Below, in pieces: positions 53,901-64,000 of a DNA stretch of 64,000 nucleotides (position 1 is its first letter; each line of letters begins with the position of its first letter). The position numbers and the translations under genes were made by a program. Below the pieces are notes generated by a model. It was not told the origin of the DNA. It was given only the letters and a program-made list of their open reading frames with translations, and made no database searches. Origin of the DNA: Vairimorpha necatrix (lineage: Eukaryota); contig CP142726.1 in the NCBI GenBank assembly GCA_036630325.1, positions 1-64,000 on the forward strand, read 5' to 3'.

Positions 53901-54856
53901 CGATTTGTTTTTCAATAATTGATAAATTATCGTAATTTAAAAATTGTATGCACATTATGTCTATATTTTTTTATTAAAATTAAATGAAGATATTTAAAGT
54001 TAGAAGTTTTGATATAAAACTTTTTTACATTACAATTTTTAATCGGATAAAATTGTTTTATTAAATTCAACACGCCAAAAGACTCTCGAACAGACCGACA
54101 ATAGAATTAAAACAAATGATAATAACATTCTATATTTTTACTGTATTTGCTTATCTTTTATAGTAAAGATATAAATTACAAGAGTCATGAATGTAACGAT
54201 TTAAAATTTGTGCTTTAAAATAATACCGTTCAAAAAAAATTTTGTTATAATTCTAAAAAACTGATCAACCGAATAAAATGCTCTGTTGTATTAAATTCTT
54301 TTATAAAATCAATGAATTTGATAAATAAATACTTATTAATTACAGATGATAAAAATCTAATTACTAGGCTTTTGCTTTCAAATAGTTTTTGATGAATATT
54401 ATAAACGTGAAATAATTTCAGAACGTTATAAGAAATTTAGTTGGTACAATTGATCAATGAATAAGAATTGGATGTTTTAATCTTATCCATACCAAACAAA
54501 AGTTTTATTTATAACTTCACTCCCATCCTTTGCGACCTAAACAAATTATGTATATATTGGATGCTACACATTAGCTACTAATAGATGATTTTTTCATTTT
54601 CTGTTTTTCTATTTTTAATCTGATGTGAATTTTATATATATAATAATTTGCAGGAAAAAAATGAAGACACGAATTATTTTAGTTGCTAAAACGGACAAGT
54701 TTTTTTCGAAAAAATATTTTTTCGATAAAAAATAATGTTTAAACAGAAAAAACAATAAAATGCAAACCCTTTTTAAGTAAAAAATATCAAGTTGATAACT
54801 GTCAATTTATGATTTTTATTAATTATTTATATAAATATCGATAATTTATGGCCCCA

Positions 54857-55456
54857 ATGTTATTAGGGTTAACTAAGTCTATTCTATTTGTATATAGCGA
54901 CTCATATTTACTATTTAATTATAAAGAAGATGATACTTGTAATTGTTATATTAGTCTTCCTAATAAAGCAGAAATTGATGATAATTGCAAAGTTTTTTTG
55001 TCTAAATACGAAAAACGGTTGTACGAAGAAGCAAGACATTCATGTAGTGCTGATATCTTCATAAAAAAAGTTTATGAGGAAGGACTTATACTGGAAGTGG
55101 TGGATAAAAAAGATTACGAAAAAATTGGAAGATTGGCTGGAATAATTACCAATGTGAAAACCCGTGAGATATTTTTGAACAATGAAAATTATCGAAAGTG
55201 TAGTTTGAATAAATGCCAGCACACAAATTTTTTTTTCGAAATTGTATTTTATGAACCGAAAAAACATAAAATTACATGGGAACATAGTGCAATGTACGAT
55301 TACGATCCGAAATATGTTTTCGGTAAACTAATGCTACACAGAACTAGAAGTTTAACTATAAGTGCTGGGTTTTATGAATTATATATAGAAAATTTAAACT
55401 CCTCCATTCGCTCGGATACACATAAATTGAACATTACAAATGACAAAAGGACATAG
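54857..55456 (+). CDS. Orphan family member 3 (~199 aa, N-terminal domain only, no TM; possibly truncated)
   Basis: LLFNYKEDDTCNCYI, VDKKDYEKI, YRKC, FFEIVFYE and FGKL match 42507 and 49186. The CCCC motif favours ATG 54857 over 54848. Confidence 0.8.
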   Translation: MLLGLTKSILFVYSDSYLLFNYKEDDTCNCYISLPNKAEIDDNCKVFLSKYEKRLYEEARHSCSADIFIKKVYEEGLILEVVDKKDYEKIGRLAGIITNVKTREIFLNNENYRKCSLNKCQHTNFFFEIVFYEPKKHKITWEHSAMYDYDPKYVFGKLMLHRTRSLTISAGFYELYIENLNSSIRSDTHKLNITNDKRT

Positions 55457-56610
55457 AAAAAAAGAATTGAAGATATAGACAACAAAAAAATACCGATGTT
55501 CATAAAAAGAAAACTTACGAAAAAAATCTAAAGTTTCTAACACAGCTTTAGAAATTAAATGTAATATTTTTAATTGGTAATATATATTATAAAGAAAATT
55601 TGCTTTTTTAAATTTTTAAGAATCATTTTAGAGATAATTTTTGTTTTCGACATAGCTGAGAGCAATTGTATGATTCTTTTGAGAATTAAATGTGTTAAAC
55701 AAGAAGCGGACACGAGAATAATTCTTTATTATGAACATGGATAATTGTAGTGACCAAATAACTAACAAGCTAGCTTGAGATGCGTAAAATCAACGGCATA
55801 CTAGAGTATATACAAAGTCTTCTACATCAGAAGTGATTTTTGTATATATCTGATAACTTTTTAAGGTATAAGCTTGAAGTTGCTTGAAAGAAAGGTCTAG
55901 AGCTGTAAAACACTGATCAGACAGACAAATACTATAAAGAAGAAGCGCGAATGAGTTGACCCAGTAAAATATATAAAATTTACAAAAATGAACATTTGCA
56001 GTAAATACAAAACTGGATAACTTAATTTTTCTTGATAATGTTAATTTATACATCAATATTTTCTATAATCGAAAATTATTAATCATAGTCTTTTATTTAA
56101 ACTACATGGTTCTTTTATTTCGTTTAAATATATAACGTATTTATATTTCTTTTTATTGATAATTTTAAAGTGAAATTATTTGTAATATTATACTAAATAT
56201 TTGAAATTTATTGACCAACTTTGTCTTTAGGTATATGGTTTCTAGTATAGTAAATTAAGATAAAATTTTTGTTTTCAAAAGATATAAGTAAACATTTACA
56301 AATATACATAATTGATTATGCTAAAACATTTTACGTATGTAAATGCTATAATATTTTAAAAAACGTTTTTAGTGATTATAATTAAAACACTTAGAAAGCA
56401 TATCAAAAATTAATTTAGAGTAATCATATGGCAAAATTGATCTAAAACAAGATAAAAATCACAAATAATCAAGTTTCTCCCAAATTTTAAAAAAATGATT
56501 TGATTACAAAAAAATTGTAACTAGTTATCATTACTTTTAATTTATCATAGACGATATAAATAACTCGCTATTTTTTTTAGATAATGTTAACCATTTATTT
56601 ATTGAGGGTT

Positions 56611-59112
56611 CTAAACCCTACATCCCCCCTCCAGACGGGTAGTCTCTCCATCTTCTAAACAACTCTTCCTTATCTCTTTCAAATCATAATGCCTCTTTTT
56701 AACAATTTTACCATCCAGTAGTCTCACAATATATGAATCATTTTCACTTATAGCTACGATCCTTCCGCGACCCGTGAATCTTCCCTTGTCTGTTTTCGCA
56801 CGTGTACCTAAATTTTCTCTCCTAGCGATTCTTACCTCTTTGCCTACTGTAAATGTCTCTCTGTGTCTTCTCTTGAACCGACCAGCATATTTTCCATTTT
56901 CATCATTTTCAATTATAACTTCAGCAGTTTGATCTCTCCACGCTTCCATCGGCGTACATTTTATTGCTGTATGTAGTGTATTATTATATCCTTTGATTGC
57001 TCTTTCTATCTTTTCAGAAATATTCCCATCATTCAGCTTTATCAATGTCTCTCTTATAGTTCTGATGCATCTCTAGATTCTACCATTACTCCTATGAGCT
57101 TCTAAGCCCACTTTCCTATGTTTAATATCATTAATACTACATCATTCTTTAAATCTATTACTTACAAACTCTTTTCCGTTGTCTGTCACATATTCCTCTG
57201 GAAATCCATCTTCCCTTATCCACTTTTGTAATACCTCTATAACTTCACTACTCTCTTTACACCTCAAATTCGAACCCCACAACCTTCTAGTAAAGTAATC
57301 AATACCCAGTAACACATACCTATTCTCTCCACCTATGTCCATTAAATCCAACGCCACTTTCTCCAATTTCTTTCTAGTTACTACGAAATCACATCCTCCT
57401 GTGTTTTTCCTATTGTTAATCCCACATATTTCACAATTCTTAATTACCTTATTAATATGATCTTTCATACCAGGCCAATACCATCTTTGTTTAATGTTAT
57501 AATAAGTGCCTTTGACACTTCTATGGTTTAACTCCTCATGTACTCTTGTTATTTCATGTTCTCTACTATCTAGGCTCAATATCTCTTTCACCTCACCTGT
57601 GGAAAATTCCCAATACTGTTTACCGTCCTTTTCTTTAATATGTTTCTGCTTTTTTCCCAAAATTTGTTTTTCGATCACTTCTTTTCTCTTGTTGTCCTTT
57701 TCTTTTTGTTAATCCGAAACTTCTACCTGATCATACTGCCTACTTAACGCATCTGCATCTGTCATCAACTCCCCTTTCACATACTCTATTGTAAAGTCAA
57801 ACTCTTGTATCTGTTCTACCCATCTGTTTATTCTGTTATTATTGAAGTATGGCTTATTTCTGATCTCTGCTAATGCTTTATGATCCGTCATCAAATGAAA
57901 TTTCCTTCCTCTCAAATCACTTTCAAACTTCTTTATTCCAAAAAACACCGCCAACATCTCCTTCTCACTTATCGTATATCTTCGCTCGGTAGGAGTCAAC
58001 ATTTTCGATGCCCATTGTATCGGAATCCACTCACCCTCTTTATTTTCTTGTAATAGAATTGCTCCGATCCCCGTATCACACGCATCAGTTTAATACTCTA
58101 AATAGCTTTTTTCCGTCCGGAATCTTCAACTTTTTCATATCTCTCAAGCCTTGCTTCATATCCTCAAAAGCTCTTTCCATATCCTCCGTCCAATTCCACT
58201 TAACATCTTTCTTTAAAGCCTCAGTAAGCCTTACTGTTCTATACGCATAGTTGGGAATAAAGTCTCTAAACCAACCAGTTAGTCCTAAAAATCTTCTTAA
58301 CTCTCTAACATTCTCAGGTTTTCTATATTCCAATGTCTCCTGCTTTTTAATCTCATTCGGTCCCATGACCTCCCCATTAATTGTTACTCCCAGCAACATC
58401 ACCTCATCTTTTTTGTATTGTATCTTTGTTTGGTTTATTCTCAACCCACACTCTTTAAACTTTTTAATTACCCTCTCTAGTAACTCGTCATGCACTCTTA
58501 CGTCTTTACCATGAATAACTATATCATCCATATATACTTCCACGCCTTTACCTCTGAATTCATCTAAAACTCTGTTCATTACTCTCTGCATTATATGAGG
58601 CGAATTCTTAAACCCCATAACCATACTATTCCATTCGTATACTCGACCATTCACTTCAAATGCTGTTTTGTGCTTATGGTGCTCCTCAATCTCAATATGA
58701 TAAAACCCTTCTTTTAAGTCGATAACCGTAAATACTTTTGACCCCTGTGTGGCTCTCATAATATCCTTAATTAACGGTAGTGAGTACGGGTCCTTGTCAA
58801 CCAAATCGTTTAACGCCATCAAATTGCTTACCAATCTTACGTCCCATTTGGTTTTTCAAGTTCTCTTTTTGGACTTCTCCACTCACTTTTGGAACGTCTT
58901 ATAACCCCTCTATTTTCCAACTTATTCAAGTACTCCTCAAATTTCACCCTAAGGTAGTATGGCACATTCTGCCCTCTTTTCACAACCTTTTCACCTTGCT
59001 TAGTATTTATTGGACACTTCTCTCCTGTGAGATATTTTATCTTTTCTTCTGATTCTTTAAAAACTTCCGGATACTTTTCAATTAAATTTTCTAACTTATT
59101 TACTGTTTTACA
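56611..59112 (-). pseudogene. pol: pol: RT, RNase H and integrase, with 2 frameshifts and 3 internal stops
   Basis: DLKEGFYHI, MGFKNSP, YMDDIVI; TDACDTG, EKEMLAV, ADALSR; HEELNH..CEIC, ALDLMD, TDNGKEF. The third catalytic residue position (SNGRI-E-R) reads TAG at ~57074. Confidence 0.92.
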
Positions 59113-59613
59113 TCATTTCCCTTCATTGTTGATAATTGGTTCTTTCTGTAAAACTTGTTCCTTTTTAATTTTATATTTTTCCCTACCAGCTACACTTTCA
59201 TGACATTCTCTAGCGTAATGCCCTTCTTTCTTACATATAAAACATTTTGTAGTTTCTCTGATTTCCCTTCTTTTCCTATACATCCTAAGATTTTCTTTTC
59301 TTTCTTCCCTAAACTCTTTCAACACTTTATCCATAATCTCTTTAATCATTTCTTGTCTTTCTTCTGACTCTCTCTCAAATTCTGCTCCTTTTTGTAAGCC
59401 TTTATAAATTTCCTCCCAACTGCTCCTTCCGTCACAAAAATTTTCAAAAATATAATCCTGCAAGTTCGCAGATGCCAAATCCATAACATCTTTCCACTCA
59501 ACTTTCAATATTAACTTTAGTCTCTTATCTATCCTAATTGCCTCTTTCTCTAATGTTCTAGCCTCTTGACTACGGGACTCTCTTGTTTCCCTGTTCATCC
59601 TTGTGTTCGCCAT
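59113..59613 (-). CDS. gag: Short Gag (~166 aa) with CCHC zinc knuckle
   Basis: CFICKKEGHYAREC. The MANT N-terminus is conserved with copy 1. Confidence 0.8.
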   Translation of the reverse strand: MANTRMNRETRESRSQEARTLEKEAIRIDKRLKLILKVEWKDVMDLASANLQDYIFENFCDGRSSWEEIYKGLQKGAEFERESEERQEMIKEIMDKVLKEFREERKENLRMYRKRREIRETTKCFICKKEGHYARECHESVAGREKYKIKKEQVLQKEPIINNEGK

Positions 59614-62600
59614 GTTAACCATTTATTTATTAAGGGTTCTAAACCCTACAGATAATGTTCTATAAGATATAACTTTTACAAATGTATTTTTTATAAAAAA
59701 TCGATTCGAATGTATTTATTACATAAATTTAAATTTTAAGGGCAGAGAATGGATTTAAGGGTTAATACAAAAACCATTTATAACTTTAAATATTCAATAG
59801 AACCCTTTTGCAGTTTAACATTATACATATGCTGAAAATAACTTCGGTATAATTTATTTTAATAAATGTTTTTATTGCTAATATTATTCTACTTGTTTTG
59901 TAAAACATTAATTTAATGTACTATTAGCAAATTAATAATATTTTGAAGTTTATAGCTCATACTAATGTGTTCATGACAAATTAAAATTCAAAACTAACGA
60001 GGTCTACAAAACATATGCCAATGTATTATAGAAAGTCTTTAATTTCTATTATACAACTAAACGTTAAATATATACTTAAAACATCAATGTTATTTTTTAT
60101 TTTTTACTTATAAAATAACGTTTTTTTTTCGAATTAACAAAATATTTAGATTGTAACAAATTTTATATAAGTATTTCAAACTACCCAAGAATATAAACTA
60201 TTGTGGAAATTTTTTAAAAAATCATAATACCAATGTATTTGTCTAAAAAATTCTCTTTACTATACAATCATTGCATCTATATGGTAGTAACGAATTGATA
60301 TATTGTGGCTGTTAAATGTATTATTTTTAATACACAATTTACTTTACCTCATACCTTACGATGTGTATTTTAGTGTATAGATTGCTTTATAAAAACAAAA
60401 ACTGACTTTAATAAATTAATAAGATGGTAATATTTGAAAATTTACATTGGTACTACAAAAGAAGCTGGTAAATTTGCAGATTTTCAAAAAATTTCTCTTC
60501 AAAGAAGAAGGTTTAACGTCCGTAAAAAAACATTGCACATAGCTTTTGTTATTGTCATTGATTTTCTTTTTTAAAATAGATTTGTTAAATAATGCGTTCC
60601 TTTCCTTTTAATATTTTTAAATGGATAAAATATATATTTATTATTATTATTAGTAAATAATTTACAGTAGATGCATTGGGTAAGTATCTACAATAAAGTA
60701 TTACTGAAGTGTCTTAGTATCTATATCATCATCTTGTAAATGGTTTTCTTATGTTTACAGTAGCAAAAAAACGAATATGAAAAAAATAAAAGTCAAGAGG
60801 TCAAACTAAAGGTGAGGACACCAGGAAAAAATTTTACAATAATGTATAGTATCGTAAACGTAGCATGAATAATTAAAATAAAGTAAAATTTAAGAGAAAG
60901 TCTTTATTGAAAAAAAAACAAGAAACTCTTGATTAGGCACACATTTAAGTGTTCATTTTTTAGAAAAAAGGGATTCATGTATATGGCATTTGTATCAAAT
61001 TAAAAGTATCTGAAATTTTTTTTTGATTTTTTTAAGTAAAAAAAATTGTTGAATTTTCTAATCATTTGCATGTTATTGATTCTAAAACAAAAATTGAACG
61101 CAATAAACCAGATATATGAAGCGCTCAATAGTTTTATCGAAATTACATATTAAAAATACAATTTGATATATGAGAAATCGCGAGCATTGACAGAAGCGAT
61201 TTGTTTTATGCAAATACGAAAATTAATTAAAAAATAGATAAGACCTAGAGCCTCTTAATGCAGATAATCACTTAATAAATTACAAAAAAATAAATTGTTT
61301 ATTTAAAATAAACCACTTTAAGAATACGATGCCTTTACTAAGTATGATCACAATGTAAATATAAAAAAAAATTTTATTTAAATGTTTAATTTTAGTTTAG
61401 TCTTGCACCAAATAAACTTGATACCTATAATTTGTGCAGTTGAGAAAACGACGATCAAGACGAATTTAAAGATGAAGAGTAGACTAATTCCTATTTATCA
61501 GGTTCTGATAACTAAACTGGCAATTATTCATTGTGTTGCTCTCATTTCTGCTTTCAATGTGGTTTTATGTTCAATCCAAGTGGAATTTCATTAGGGTTTT
61601 AATAAAAATGTAATATCCAAATTTTAATGTGTTAATTTTCACTTAAGCGTTGACTACGTGAAATTAGGTTAGGTTTATATAAAATTGCATGATTAAACCT
61701 TTGTAACTTGTCATTAAATGTTTTACGTTAAGAATTGATATATTAATAATTAATATATCATATCTTAATATGTTTTGTCCACAATAATACGATTGATCAA
61801 ATGAAACAAATCACTTGTTTAACCTTTGACTAATATAATAATATAAAATTTAAAGCTATGGTTTCTGACAAATCACAAAAAAAATTTATGCTAAAATATC
61901 AAACCTTAGCTTTTTGAGATGGTTTTTAATATTAATATAATGCAAAAGAAATCAAATTCTTATATATTTTTTCGTAGACAAAAAAAATTTTCAGTACAAC
62001 TACCATTCAAAGGTCCATGTACAAACACAATTTTATGATATATATATATATAAGAATTTATTGTGCAAAAAAAAATATATTTATAATTAATGCATGCGAC
62101 AACTTCATTATTACAGTATATCAGTTAATAGATAAAAAACTTAAAAGCGATTGTTTCTTATAGATATTATGTACTGTAACAAATGAACCATTGCAAAAAG
62201 TAATAAAGTTATATGTTTACTAATTTTAATTCCTAAAACTTTGTGTATAAGGCAAACAAATTTTGATACATACAGCAATGTTTATTATATCTTTTAAAAA
62301 CAATTCTTTGAACTTATGTGTTTGAATTTAATTACTATATTTTATTTCTTGTTTTATAATAAAAAATTCTATGAAACAATTATACGCGGATTTTCAATAT
62401 TGATTTTCGCTAGTATATGTTAATTACATTGAAAAAATACTCTTATGTATGTGTTTCTGTTTTAAATTTTTTTTATTAATTTTAGCCGAAATGTATGAAT
62501 TGTATTTACAAATTAAAAAACCTTTTTAAGAGCATAAGATTTGATGTTTATCATAAACAAATATCCTGCTTATTTAGTGCATAGATTTTTGTATGTTATA

Positions 62601-64000
62601 TAATACGTTCAATACTGTTTTAACGCTAAAATTATAAATATTTATTAATATACAATTGTAAAGGCCGATGTATCTTAAGTTTTTGATATAATTAATTATA
62701 AACAAAGGTCATATGTACAAATATAGCACCGAATATATAAAATATCATAACCAAAATTAGAATTGTACGATAGGATTCATTTTGTCTATGCTTTTAAGTT
62801 ATTGATGTCATTAAACTCAAGATGATTAAAAAACCATTAAAAATATAGTTAGAAAAACAAGAATATTAATTTCGAAAAATACATTTTTATAATCCAAAAT
62901 ATACAATATAAAGGTTTTTTCTATTTAAATCGCAAATACAACTATAAATGAGTTAGATATAAAAAGTTTTAAAAAAAATTATTAAAAGTCAAAATCTTTA
63001 GTTATCTATAGTGAATGTTGTAGATAATGATATCGAATCTGTAAATCTATCACTGTTAGTATTTTTTTATAAGAATATAAATTTAATGCAAACCAACGTA
63101 TCAATATAATGCTTTCGTGTGGATTGTTTTTGTAAAAGAAAAATGAAAAAGCTAATTTTTTAAAAAACTAATTTTATACTTTTAGTAGAATATAAACATT
63201 AAAACTAGTATTAAACTTTTGACTATTATAATTGTTATTTACTTGCACATAATTACATATAACGCAAATCTCTGATTTTTTAAATAAAAAAAATGTCATC
63301 TGTTCATTATTTTACTAGAGTAAAGCCTCAAGATCAAAATAAATATTATCCAGAGATTAGAAATTGTTCTTGATAAAAATCTAATTTTTTTGATCTTTAT
63401 ACATATGCGATTTAAAGAATGTTAATTTATTTATGGGGTGTTTTTGATCAGAATTAATATTTGACGTATAACCCAATAAATGTTAATAAAAATTAAAGTG
63501 AATTGTCTGTAACAAGATTTTCTTCTCGTAGCATATTTAATACTAACAAATAACAAATATGTAATATGTATTTACTTAGATATTGAGGTTAATTAAACAC
63601 ATCATAAAGCCTTTCTAGAGGCTTTCTTTTATTTTTCGACATTTGTTAAATTAAATATATTACAATTTCGGTTTTTTTTTACGAAAATCATAAATTTGAA
63701 AAGACGTCAAAGTCATGTATATTGTAATTTATTATATAAAAAACGAATTATCTGAACCCTTATGGTTTGTAAAATATTTTTGTATTTTCTTTTTGGTTGC
63801 AGTAAAATAACTTTTTTTGTAAATCACAAAGAAAATAATGTTTGTGATGGATACGTTGGATTTTCAAAAGAAGTTGATATATATGATGAAGTCAAAATTT
63901 TTCTCTCTTATGATTTAAATATTTTGGAAATAAAAATTGATTCTAACTCATACGTTGCAGATATCGTAACATTAGTAAGTGAATTTGGTTTACCTCTGTT

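Larger units (their letters stand above)
56585..59650 (-). mobile_element. Full-length mini Ty3/gypsy LTR retrotransposon, copy 2 (3066 bp, 38-bp LTRs)
   Basis: LTRs 56585-56622 and 59613-59650 are 37/38 identical, TG...CA. TSD GATAA at 56580-56584 and 59651-59655. PPT GGAGGGGGGA at 56623-56632. PBS-like TGGCGAACACAAGG at 59599-59612. Domain order Gag-RT-RH-IN. Confidence 0.96.

Noticed and set aside
60430-61600. Possible Mutator/SWIM transposase relic
   Set aside because: Only vague Cys/His fragments; not supportable.

Overview
Left end of a eukaryotic chromosome from a very AT-rich, gene-poor genome, most likely a large-genome microsporidian. This is inferred from the TTAGG-type telomere, a CCC motif just before every real ATG, intronless genes and a Merlin + Ty3/gypsy + REL-LINE mobilome. 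Positions 1-1535 are a telomere of irregularly mixed CCTA and CCTAA units. About 27 kb without intact genes follows, then five orphan genes for secreted or type-I membrane proteins, three of them paralogues. The most unusual feature is two diverged, complete Ty3/gypsy elements of only ~3.1 kb (1754-4922 and 56585-59650). Each has 37-38 bp LTRs (TG...CA), a perfect 5-bp TSD, PBS and PPT, and no aspartic protease. Coding sequence runs from LTR to LTR. The window also holds four 245-311 bp solo LTRs of a different family (two with heat-shock elements), nested Merlin elements, 5'-truncated REL non-LTR retrotransposons, a tRNA-Phe-like pseudogene and small tandem repeats. All calls were read by eye and no database searches were run.
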